From the NCBI GenBank assembly GCA_910588435.1, contig CAJUPL010000001.1, forward strand, positions 45,309-109,308: 64,000 nt of DNA, given 5' to 3'. A model generated the notes under the pieces. The model was given only the letters and a program-made list of their open reading frames with translations. It was not told the DNA's origin and did no database searches. Source of the stretch: an uncultured Eggerthellaceae bacterium (GTDB lineage: Bacteria; Actinomycetota; Coriobacteriia; Coriobacteriales; Eggerthellaceae). Position numbers and translations under genes: made by a program. This document shows positions 11,187 through 19,324 of the stretch, piece after piece (the first letter of the stretch is position 1; each line of letters starts with the position of its first letter).

Positions 11187-12734
11187 ATGACAGATCAGAA
11201 TGGAAAGATAGACGCGCGCAACGGTTCAGGGCAGATGGGCAATGGCTCTGAGAGCACATCGGATTTCCTGAGCAAAGCGCATGACGCTGGTGAGGCTGGT
11301 GACAGCCTTCTCAGCATGTACCTATACCTGGCCGCTTTCGAACGCTCCTTGAAGGACGGTGAGGTTCCCTCCGAAGACGCCCTTCTGGGCATAAAGGAGG
11401 CGTGGGCGCAGGCCTGCACTTCCAAGGAGAGGTCCTTGGCGGAGTACATCTTCGAGAAGATGGAGCCATATCTCACCCATGATGAGCTGCAGATATGCTC
11501 TGACACCTTGCAAGAGCTGGCCCTGGACAAGCTGCAAGAATGCGGGCTCTCTCGTGATGAGCTGGAAGAGATGGCTCAGATGATCACAGAGGACATCCTT
11601 GGGGATGAAGATGCCTCCTTCAAGATAGAGAAGGTCTCAACGTCGAAGATCCCGGGCGGGTCTCTTAGCGTGGCGCAGATCAAGGGGACCGCATCTGCTC
11701 CCTCTTTGCCTGAGGTCTTGGGATCGCTCGCATCCCAAGCGAAGGCGGAAGACGCCAAGGGCTCTGATGAGCCTGCTGAGCCTGATGACATCAAGCTGGA
11801 GCTCCCTGAGGAGACGCTGGATCTTTCGAACGTTGCTGGATACGGCAAGGTCATCCGCATGATGCGCGATATGGGCATCGGCATGTCTGAGGATGAGGAC
11901 TTCAAGGAACTCGTCAGCATGCTGAATGCACGCCATGGCCTGCCCAAGATGCCAGCTCTGGATTCCATCATGTTCCGCTCTCCGGTCAGGGAGGACGCGA
12001 ACAGGTTCGTCATGGCCGTAGTGGGTGAGCTTGGCCTTCCTGCCGTCCATATGCGGATGGAGGAGAGCCTGCAAGGGCTTCCTGTGCTCTGCATCAGCGC
12101 TAGGGCAGATGCCCTGCCCAAGCAAAGCGCCATGCAGGACATCTTCAAGAATGGCGGAGTGCTCATCTTGGAGGACCTGGATATGTGGTCTTCTCCCATG
12201 CTGGATCTTGCAGATGAGGGCCCGGCTCTGCTGATGATGCAGCTCACGCGAGGTGCTAGGGAAGCTGTTGAGCTTATCCGCACCTCAGCTGAGAACCCTG
12301 ATGTATACGTGTTCGCCACAACCTCTACCGAGGGGATCGTGGATCCGTTCTATCTGGACGCGCTGGATCCCATCACGCTCATAGACATAGACTACCCAAC
12401 GCCAGAAGAGCGCGTGGAGATATGGATGGACATCTCTCATAGGCATCCATCCCTTCGCGGTCTGAACAAGGCAGAGCTCGTCAGGCTCTCTGCGAACATG
12501 CCCAGGTTCGACATCTACATGGCTGCAAGGGATGCAGTGGAGGATGCCTACAAGGCGGGGCTTTCGCAGAAGCGCTACGTGCCCGTCACTCGTGACAACC
12601 TCTTTGACAAGCTGGCGGCATACCAGCCTCTTGAGTCTGAGGAATACTCAGAGCTTGAAGCCGAGGTGCTAAAGGACTTCAGCCGTGAGCTGGATGACAT
12701 CGAAGGGCTCCTAGGAGGGGAGGGCCTCGCTTGA
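11187..12734 (+). CDS. AAA+ fold protein with degenerate catalytic motifs and a MIT-like N-terminal helix pair
   Basis: Classic-clade AAA spacing is kept but the motifs are lost. The Walker A position reads FRSPVREDANRFVMAVVGELGLP, Walker B reads VLILEDLD, sensor-1 reads FATTS, and there is no Arg finger (LDALDP). The lid IDIDYPTPEERVEIW is retained. The ATG at 11187 follows GAGAGG. Confidence 0.6.
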   Translation: MTDQNGKIDARNGSGQMGNGSESTSDFLSKAHDAGEAGDSLLSMYLYLAAFERSLKDGEVPSEDALLGIKEAWAQACTSKERSLAEYIFEKMEPYLTHDELQICSDTLQELALDKLQECGLSRDELEEMAQMITEDILGDEDASFKIEKVSTSKIPGGSLSVAQIKGTASAPSLPEVLGSLASQAKAEDAKGSDEPAEPDDIKLELPEETLDLSNVAGYGKVIRMMRDMGIGMSEDEDFKELVSMLNARHGLPKMPALDSIMFRSPVREDANRFVMAVVGELGLPAVHMRMEESLQGLPVLCISARADALPKQSAMQDIFKNGGVLILEDLDMWSSPMLDLADEGPALLMMQLTRGAREAVELIRTSAENPDVYVFATTSTEGIVDPFYLDALDPITLIDIDYPTPEERVEIWMDISHRHPSLRGLNKAELVRLSANMPRFDIYMAARDAVEDAYKAGLSQKRYVPVTRDNLFDKLAAYQPLESEEYSELEAEVLKDFSRELDDIEGLLGGEGLA

Positions 12735-12770
12735 GCCAATAGCGGCTTCGGCTCCAAGGCGCGCTCTCAG

Positions 12771-13328
12771 ATGATAGACCTTCTGCTCATAGGGATAGGC
12801 CTTTCCATGGATGCGTTCGCCGCATCCGTCTGCAAGGGCCTGAAGCAGAAGAAGGTGGATTGGCTGCATGCCTTCATCACGGCTCTGTCCTTCGGGGCGT
12901 TCCAGGCAATCATGCCCATCATCGGATGGTTGGCAGGATCTGCATTCATGCATCTCATAGAACCGGTGGATCACTGGATCGCATTCGTGCTGCTGGCAGG
13001 TGTTGGCGGGAAGATGATCTGGGATGCATTCCATGGCGCGTCTTGTGACGCAACCCCAGAGAGCGCATTCAGCATACGGGAGCTTCTGGTGCTATCCGTT
13101 GCCACAAGCTTGGATGCGCTTGCCGTAGGGGTGTCGTTCGCGGCCTCTGACATCAACGTCTGGCTTGCGGTGAGCGTGATATTCGCAACCACCTTCACGC
13201 TGTCCCTCTTGGGATTCCTCATAGGCAACAAGCTTGGCGCCAAGTTCGAGCGCGGCGCCACCATCACAGGCGGCGTCTGCTTGATCATCCTTGGCGCGAA
13301 GATCTTGCTAGAGCATCTGAGCGCTTAG
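12771..13328 (+). CDS. mntP: Manganese efflux pump MntP
   Basis: 185 aa with six TM helices in two internal repeats. Each repeat carries a DAFA/DALAVG motif (SMDAFAASV and SLDALAVGV). Confidence 0.85.
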   Translation: MIDLLLIGIGLSMDAFAASVCKGLKQKKVDWLHAFITALSFGAFQAIMPIIGWLAGSAFMHLIEPVDHWIAFVLLAGVGGKMIWDAFHGASCDATPESAFSIRELLVLSVATSLDALAVGVSFAASDINVWLAVSVIFATTFTLSLLGFLIGNKLGAKFERGATITGGVCLIILGAKILLEHLSA

Positions 13329-13342
13329 CGCGAAGGGCTTGC

Positions 13343-14191
13343 TCAAAGGATAGGGTAGGAGCCTAGCACCTTCACTTCGCGCAGCTTCAGCCTCAGGCAT
13401 GACAGGGCAGTCTGGGCAGCAGGGTCAGTGTCCTTCTTCTCGAACTCGATGAAGAACATATAGTCACCTAGCTGCTGCTTCAGAGGCCTTGACTGGATCA
13501 TGGACAGATTGATGTTCGCATAGGCGAACTCTGACAGGATCATGTTCAGGGTGCCTGCCCTGTCCGTCCTCATGAAGAGCGCAACCGTGGTCTTGTATGT
13601 CTCAGAGGAGAGGCTTGGAGCTGACCCTAGCCGTCCTATGAGCGCGAATGCCGTTTGGTTGCCCAGATTGTCTTCGATGGATGAATCTATGATCTTGCAT
13701 CCGTAGAGCTCAGCGGCAAGCGGGTTGGCGATAGCCGCTATGCTCGCATCTTGCGAAGCTAAGCGTGCACTCTCCGCGGTGGATGCCGTCATCTGCGTTG
13801 AGCGCCCAGGGAAGCGCTCTGTGAGATACCTCCTGCATTGGGCGATTCCCTGCGGATGCGAAGCTATGAGCTTGATACCAGCGATGTCAGCATCAGGGGA
13901 GACCATGAAGCTGTGATGGATGTCGAACACCTTCTCAGCCAAGATCACAGATGAGGATCTGAAGGCGAAGTTGTCAAGCGTGGAGGTGACAGGTCCTTCT
14001 AGCGAGTTCTCCTTCGCCACCACTCCATATGTGGACCTTCCTCTGTCCACAGCGCCGAAGACCTCATCGAAGGAGGCGCATTCCAAAAGCTCAGCATCTG
14101 GTGCGCCAAGCTGGTCTGCGAAGTAGAGCGCTGCCTCGTGCGAATAGGTCCCCAAAGGGCCAAGGAATGCTATGGATATGGAATCTGACAT
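13343..14191 (-). CDS. pheA: Prephenate dehydratase with C-terminal ACT domain
   Basis: Motifs IAFLGPLGTYSHEAA, the ACT region GTLNMILSEFA and SMIQSRP. The ORF track runs to 14557, but the ATG at 14191 is preceded by GGAGG and matches the usual N-terminus. Confidence 0.85.
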   Translation of the reverse strand: MSDSISIAFLGPLGTYSHEAALYFADQLGAPDAELLECASFDEVFGAVDRGRSTYGVVAKENSLEGPVTSTLDNFAFRSSSVILAEKVFDIHHSFMVSPDADIAGIKLIASHPQGIAQCRRYLTERFPGRSTQMTASTAESARLASQDASIAAIANPLAAELYGCKIIDSSIEDNLGNQTAFALIGRLGSAPSLSSETYKTTVALFMRTDRAGTLNMILSEFAYANINLSMIQSRPLKQQLGDYMFFIEFEKKDTDPAAQTALSCLRLKLREVKVLGSYPIL

Positions 14192-14243
14192 CTTCAACCT
14201 CCAAGTGCGGATACGTGGTGATGATAAACCATGCGCTTGAGTT

Positions 14244-14267
14244 GTTACGTGGATTTGCCCACGTAAC
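14244..14267. promoter_or_regulatory. Perfect 9-bp inverted repeat GTTACGTGG-N6-CCACGTAAC, a candidate operator in the pheA/hydrogenase divergent region
   Basis: The exact palindrome was read from the sequence. It lies 53 nt from the pheA start and 121 nt from the hydrogenase small-subunit start. Confidence 0.3.
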
Positions 14268-14387
14268 ATTTTGCAGCCGCTTGCCATCAAGGGAGGGCGG
14301 TTTCCAAGTTCAGGCTCCCCATTTGCCAGCGATGATTGCAAAATGTCATCTGTCTGTAAAGTTGGAGCACCTGGAGGGGGTGTGCAC

Positions 14388-15692
14388 ATGGAAGATCTGG
14401 CCAAGACGACAGATGCGTTCTCTGTCCTTGAGTCACGTGGCGTTACCCGCCGTAGCTTCATGAAGCTATGCGCAGGCGTCGCCGCAGCAGCGGGCTTGTC
14501 TAACATGGCGATACCGCGAGTGGCCGAGGCCATCGAGAAGTCTGTCATCGGAGCCACGTCCGGAGACCTTTATCCCGTCATCTGGATGGAGGGCGCGTCG
14601 TGCACGGGTTGCACGGAGTCCTTCGCTCAGATCGAGACTCCGGATGTAGCAACAGTGGTGCTGGACGTGATCTCTCTGAACTACTCAGAGACGCTGTCTG
14701 CTGCTGCTGGTTGGTCCGTGGAGGAGGCAAAGGCTCAAACCATCGAAGCTGGCAACTATATCCTCATCTATGAGGGTGCAGTGCTGAAGGCTTGGGGCGG
14801 CAATGCTCTTCGCGTTGCTGGTGAGGTTGGAACCGAGGCCCTGGTTGAGGCTGCAGAGAACGCCAATGCTGTTGTGGCTGTTGGCTCTTGCGCCGTCAAT
14901 GGTGGCTGGTGCGCCGCTTCTCCGAACCCGTCGAACGCCATGGGCGTTCAGCAGTTCCTGGCAGAGGAGGGCGTTGAGACGCCCGTCGTCAACATCCCAG
15001 GCTGCCCTGTGAATCCTGAGTGGGTCATGTCTGTCTTGGTGGATGTCGTCATCCTGCAAGACCCGTCGCTGCTGAAGCTCAATGACTTCTCTGAGCCAGC
15101 AGGGCTCTTCAATCAGACCATCCATGACAACTGCGAGCGTCGTGGACATTTTGAGAACGGTGAGTTCGTCTACGAGTTCGGCTCTGAAGAGGAAGCCAAG
15201 GGCTACTGCCTCTATCCTCTTGGATGCCGTGGTCCTCAGACGCACGCCATCTGCGGTGTCACGCTTTGGAACAACCGCCGTTCTTGGTGTGTCCAGGCTG
15301 GCAGCCCTTGCCTTGGCTGCTGCGAGGCCAACCCCAACAACCCGGGTGACAACTGGGTAGAGGTGAACACGCCGTTCTACAAGCGCTTCCGTGACCTGAA
15401 CATCGGTGACTGGAAGTTCCAGCCAGAGCCTGTTGCTTGGGTGCTGACCGGCATAGTGGCTGCAGCGCTCGTCGTTCACGGCTTCGGCATGAAGAAGACC
15501 GGTCGCATGGATGGCGGTGCTGACTTCGAGCCCATCCGCAAGTGGGACAAGGCGCATCCGGAGCAGTCCATCGGCGTGTACGCTGACCCTGAGACCGGCG
15601 GCCCTATCCTGGACCCAGCGGTCTGCGAAGAGAACACACAGCATCCGCAAGCAGCGGCTGATGAAGTCGTTGAAGACTACGAGAAAGAATAG
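14388..15692 (+). CDS. [NiFe] hydrogenase small subunit (Tat-exported, C-terminal membrane anchor)
   Basis: Twin-arginine signal TRRSFMKLCAGVAAAAGL, proximal-cluster motif EGASCTGCTESF, further Cys clusters, and TM helix VAWVLTGIVAAALVVHGFG followed by an acidic tail of about 65 aa. The ATG at 14388 follows GGAGGGGG. Confidence 0.9.
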   Translation: MEDLAKTTDAFSVLESRGVTRRSFMKLCAGVAAAAGLSNMAIPRVAEAIEKSVIGATSGDLYPVIWMEGASCTGCTESFAQIETPDVATVVLDVISLNYSETLSAAAGWSVEEAKAQTIEAGNYILIYEGAVLKAWGGNALRVAGEVGTEALVEAAENANAVVAVGSCAVNGGWCAASPNPSNAMGVQQFLAEEGVETPVVNIPGCPVNPEWVMSVLVDVVILQDPSLLKLNDFSEPAGLFNQTIHDNCERRGHFENGEFVYEFGSEEEAKGYCLYPLGCRGPQTHAICGVTLWNNRRSWCVQAGSPCLGCCEANPNNPGDNWVEVNTPFYKRFRDLNIGDWKFQPEPVAWVLTGIVAAALVVHGFGMKKTGRMDGGADFEPIRKWDKAHPEQSIGVYADPETGGPILDPAVCEENTQHPQAAADEVVEDYEKE

Positions 15693-15706
15693 GAGGTGAG
15701 GCTCAG

Positions 15707-17380
15707 ATGACACGTTCCATAATCGATCCCATCACACGCATCGAGGGTCATCTCCGTGTTGAGATGGAAGTGGAGCAGGGCAAGGTGACCGACGCATGGG
15801 TCTCCGGCGGCTGCTTCCGTGGCATGGAGCTGGTCGTGCAGAACCGCACGCCGCAAGACGCTGCTCAGATCGTGCAGCGCATCTGCGGAGTCTGCCCAGT
15901 CAGCCACAGCCACGCATCATCCATCGCAGCTGAGAAGGCATACGGCATCACCATCTCCAACAATGCCCGCCTCGTGAGGAACCTGATCGAGGGTGCGCAG
16001 TTCCTGCACTCCAACATCCTTTGGTTCTACAACCTCTGCGCCCTTGACTACGTGAACCCGCTTGACGCGCTGAACGCGAACGTTCCGGACACGTATGACC
16101 TAGCGCAAGCTGCTGGCACGTCCATGGACACTGATTTCTATGGGCTGAAGGAGAAGCTTGAGGCATTCGCTGCTAACGGGCAGCTCTCCATCTTCTCTGG
16201 CAACTGGTTCGACTGCGATAACGGCGAGGGCTACAAGCTCTCTCCTGAGCTGAACCTCATCTGCACGGCTCACTACCTTGAGGCGTTGAAGATGCAGGCG
16301 AAGGCATCTGAGGTCGCAGCGCTGATCGGTGGTAAGATGCCGCACGTCATGACCATCGTTCCTGGCGGCACCGCATTCGTTCCAACCGAGAGCAAGCTGG
16401 ATGACCTCTGGGCCATGGTCAATGAGATCTATGACTGGGTCTCCACCACCATGATCCCTGACACGCTTGCTCTGGCTCCTGCATACCAGGATGTCCTCAA
16501 GTTCGGCAAGGGCTGCGGGCGCTACATCGCTTGGGGTGTCTTCGAGGGTCCGGGCTGGCCTTATGGCGGCAACTACGAAGAGCAGATGATCAACCGCTAT
16601 CTGCCGATGGCTGTGCTGGATGAGGACCTGAACGTCAGCAACGTCGACGAGTCTCTCATCACTGAGTACATGGGCCACTCTTGGTACAAGGGCGACGGCA
16701 CGTATGAGTCTCCGTACTTCGTGACCGAGCCTGACTACACTGAATATGACGTTGAGGACCGCTACACCTGGGTCAAGTGCCCAGCCTACGCTGGAAAGCC
16801 AATGGAGGCTGGCGGATTCTCCCGTATCCTGGCTGCTTATCAGCGCAACGTTCCATTCATCGTGGAGAACGTGGATGCCATGCTGGTGGCTCTTGGCGCG
16901 AAGCCGGGTGACCTGTCAGTGCTGCAGAACACGCTCGGCCGCACGGCTGCTCGCCAGATCGAGACGCTCTACATCGCAGGCCTCATGAAGGAGTGGACGC
17001 TTGAGCTCATGGAGGCCATCGCTGGCGGTGACTCTGACTACTTCAAGGAGCCGCTGACCACCACTGGTGAGGGCACTGGCTTCTGGGAGGCCCCGCGTGG
17101 CGCTCTGTATCACTCTGAGAAGGTGACCAACAACAACATCGATGGTTACCAGATCATCATCCCGTCCACGTGGAACCTGGCGCCGATGAACGCTGACGGC
17201 GTGCATGGCCCGATGGAGCAGGCGCTCATCGGATGCCCTGTGGAGGATGTGGAGATGCCGATCAACGCGCTTCGCACCGTTCACTCATTCGACCCGTGCA
17301 CCGCTTGCGCTGTGCATATAACTGAGCCCGCCACTGGCAAGACTTTCAAGACGGTCACAAGCCCTTGGGGGGTGAAGTAG
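15707..17380 (+). CDS. [NiFe] hydrogenase large subunit
   Basis: N-terminal RIEGHLRVE and RICGVCPVSH, and C-terminal DPCTACAVH followed by a 20-aa cleavable extension. There is no in-frame TGA. Confidence 0.95.
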   Translation: MTRSIIDPITRIEGHLRVEMEVEQGKVTDAWVSGGCFRGMELVVQNRTPQDAAQIVQRICGVCPVSHSHASSIAAEKAYGITISNNARLVRNLIEGAQFLHSNILWFYNLCALDYVNPLDALNANVPDTYDLAQAAGTSMDTDFYGLKEKLEAFAANGQLSIFSGNWFDCDNGEGYKLSPELNLICTAHYLEALKMQAKASEVAALIGGKMPHVMTIVPGGTAFVPTESKLDDLWAMVNEIYDWVSTTMIPDTLALAPAYQDVLKFGKGCGRYIAWGVFEGPGWPYGGNYEEQMINRYLPMAVLDEDLNVSNVDESLITEYMGHSWYKGDGTYESPYFVTEPDYTEYDVEDRYTWVKCPAYAGKPMEAGGFSRILAAYQRNVPFIVENVDAMLVALGAKPGDLSVLQNTLGRTAARQIETLYIAGLMKEWTLELMEAIAGGDSDYFKEPLTTTGEGTGFWEAPRGALYHSEKVTNNNIDGYQIIIPSTWNLAPMNADGVHGPMEQALIGCPVEDVEMPINALRTVHSFDPCTACAVHITEPATGKTFKTVTSPWGVK

Positions 17381-18076
17381 ATGGCGCATCTCGCACATTA
17401 TCGCGAAGCTCATCCAACGATCTTCGTCGTCACGCACTGGATCAACCTCATCTGCATGATCTGGCTGATCTTCTCCGGATTCATCATCCATTATCCGTTC
17501 ATCGCGGGGCTGACCGGGATCTGCCGTGGCTCTCACGTGCTGTTCGGCTTCATCCTGTTCCTGAACATGATCTTCCGCGTGATCGCGTCCTTCTTCGTGA
17601 AGACGTCTCCAACCGGAGGCACGCGCAAGCAGGAAGCTGACTACAAGTCATGGCTGCCTCAGAAGGACAACCGCCATCAGGCTCTGGAATGGATCAAGTA
17701 CTACCTGTTCCTGAAGAAGGATCATCCGCTTGGAGCAAAGCTTGGCGTTCCGCAGAAGCTGTCTTACCTGCTGATCCCCATCCTGATCCTCGTCATGTGG
17801 TGGACTGGCATGTGCATCTGGGCTCCTGTCATGGACATGGGTCCGTTCCAGTGGACCGTGAACCTGGTCGGTGGCGCAATGAGCATGAGGATCATCCATT
17901 ACTACCTCATGTTCGTGTTCATCATCTTCATGTTCATCCACATCTACCTTGCGAACGTGGAGAGCCTGGCACCTACCAAGCTCATGTTCTTCCACAAGGA
18001 GCATGGTGGACTGGTCTACGATCCTGAGCTCCACAACATCGTGGGCGAGGACATGGATCCGCATAAGGACAAGTAG
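17381..18076 (+). CDS. Ni/Fe-hydrogenase b-type cytochrome subunit
   Basis: The ATG directly follows the large-subunit stop. It has four TM helices with conserved His residues (VVTHWINLI, IIHYYLMFVFIIFMFIHIY). Confidence 0.85.
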   Translation: MAHLAHYREAHPTIFVVTHWINLICMIWLIFSGFIIHYPFIAGLTGICRGSHVLFGFILFLNMIFRVIASFFVKTSPTGGTRKQEADYKSWLPQKDNRHQALEWIKYYLFLKKDHPLGAKLGVPQKLSYLLIPILILVMWWTGMCIWAPVMDMGPFQWTVNLVGGAMSMRIIHYYLMFVFIIFMFIHIYLANVESLAPTKLMFFHKEHGGLVYDPELHNIVGEDMDPHKDK

Positions 18077-18102
18077 TCCTAACGCAGACATCGTCTGACC
18101 TC

Positions 18103-18131
18103 GAAGCGGCGGCCATCTCGGCTGCCGCTTC
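18103..18131 (+). terminator. Stem-loop after the hydrogenase structural genes (terminator or processing site)
   Basis: gaagcggcggcc / ggctgccgcttc gives a 12-bp stem with one G-U, 27 nt after the stop. No U tract follows, so its function is uncertain. Confidence 0.4.
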
Positions 18132-18132
18132 T

Positions 18133-18201
18133 CATATATGACCCCCAAGGTCAATGACAGTTCCCCGTGCTTAATGTCATTGACCTTTCAGGTCATATAT
18201 G
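18133..18201. repeat. Nested palindrome element, copy 1
   Basis: The outer arms are catatatgacc / ggtcatatatg and the inner arms are ggtcaatgaca / tgtcattgacc, around the loop gttccccgtgcttaa. A 45-nt core recurs at 52626-52670. Confidence 0.6.
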
Positions 18202-18283
18202 GACTGACCGGGGAGTTCTTGAGGATCTGGGTGATGCGAATCGTTTAAGATTCAAGCAAAGGGACATATGAGAAGGGAAGCGC

Positions 18284-18712
18284 ATGGCGAAGCTCACAGA
18301 TGAGCAGATAAAGGCCGAAGAGGAATTCATGAGAGGCCTTCCGCGAATGAACGCGGGAGCATTCCTTATGCCAGCCATTTGGGGACCGGCGCATGGGTTC
18401 TGGGTGACCATCTTGTACTATCCGGCATGGCTTGTAGCTGACAACATCTTCTACGCATGCTACGAACAGCCAACCGCTCTCTCCATCATATTGGCCATCC
18501 TCACGTTCGCAATATTGTTGGGCATCACCATCGCATTCGCCATAGTGGCTCAACCGATAGCCGCGCATAGGGCTGAAGAAAAAGGACGCACGCGGCAAGA
18601 ATACTTGAGGCAAGAGAAGATATGGGTAGTCGTCAGCGCCATCATCGCTGTGGTCTTCCTAGTGCTGGCAACCTGGTACAACATCGCTTGGAGGCCGTAT
18701 GTTGTCAGCTGA
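18284..18712 (+). CDS. Small membrane protein (three predicted TM helices), function unknown
   Basis: 142-aa ORF between the cytochrome b and protease genes, overlapping the protease gene by 14 nt. It contains the motif NAGAFLMPAIWGPAHGFW followed by hydrophobic helices. Confidence 0.5.
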   Translation: MAKLTDEQIKAEEEFMRGLPRMNAGAFLMPAIWGPAHGFWVTILYYPAWLVADNIFYACYEQPTALSIILAILTFAILLGITIAFAIVAQPIAAHRAEEKGRTRQEYLRQEKIWVVVSAIIAVVFLVLATWYNIAWRPYVVS

Positions 18713-19265
18713 GGGCGCATCTGAGCGCGTCACCGTATTCTGCGTGGGCAACAGGCTCATGATGGACGATGGGCTAGGCCCTGCGGTATTCGATGAGATC
18801 GAGGCTTCATATGAGCTTCCGCCCGAGGTTGAGATCTTGGACGTTGGCTGCATGAGCCTGAACATGGTCCAGACCGTTGATGATTCGGATCTGGTGATCA
18901 CGGTTGATGCGGTTGATGGAACGGAAGAGGCGGCTGGCACCGTCTTCCAGTTCCAGCCCGAGGACATGGCGCGTCACTCTGGCGCCATGGCATCGCTCCA
19001 TGACCTGAAGCTCGTGGACCTCTTCGACGCTGCAACTCTCCTTGGCTATGAGGCAGAAGGCCTATGCTTGGGGATGCAGGTCATGAACAGGTCTCCAGAG
19101 TCAGTGACCATCGGGCTGTCTGAGCCGGTATTCAACGCGCTGCCTGATCTTGTTGATGCGCTCTTGGCCGCGCTTGTCCTCAGGGGCCACGTGGTCAGAT
19201 CCAAGAGAGATGGCGAAGAGGTTGCACCTGGGTGGCATCATGAGATGGCATGCCTTGAGCCTTGA
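18699..19265 (+). CDS. Hydrogenase maturation endopeptidase (HyaD/HybD family)
   Basis: Motif VFCVGNRLMMDDGLGPAV plus conserved Asp/His metal ligands (VITVDAVD, LHDLKL). Confidence 0.85.
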   Translation: MLSAEGASERVTVFCVGNRLMMDDGLGPAVFDEIEASYELPPEVEILDVGCMSLNMVQTVDDSDLVITVDAVDGTEEAAGTVFQFQPEDMARHSGAMASLHDLKLVDLFDAATLLGYEAEGLCLGMQVMNRSPESVTIGLSEPVFNALPDLVDALLAALVLRGHVVRSKRDGEEVAPGWHHEMACLEP

Positions 19266-19324
19266 TGCGCTTGTATTAGAATCATCCAGTTCAGATACGG
19301 TCATGAAGGTGCGTTCGATACAAG

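Noticed and set aside
12735-12770. A yybP-ykoY (manganese) riboswitch upstream of mntP.
   Set aside because: Only 36 nt separate mntP from the upstream stop. The preceding sequence does not show the conserved four-helix core that I would expect.
13343-14557. N-terminally extended ORF-track versions of pheA (to 14557), mnmA (to 6093), the hydrogenase small subunit (from 14271), rnhB (from 48226), ppdK (from 42827) and mtnA (from 45502).
   Set aside because: The extensions lack family similarity and cross promoters, terminators or neighbouring genes. Internal starts with good SD motifs match the expected N-termini.
14685-15713. Long antisense ORFs inside well-supported genes. Examples are 14685-15713 (342 aa, opposite the hydrogenase small subunit), 11576-12319, 35665-36282, 37241-37855 and 46186-46842.
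   Set aside because: These are typical high-GC shadow ORFs. Their composition is Arg/Ala/His-rich and low in complexity, they have no motifs, and they fully overlap genes with strong family signatures.
15707-17380. A selenocysteine-containing [NiFeSe] large subunit.
   Set aside because: The frame is uninterrupted, and the C-terminal metal-binding motif is DPCTACAVH with Cys codons. There is no in-frame TGA.
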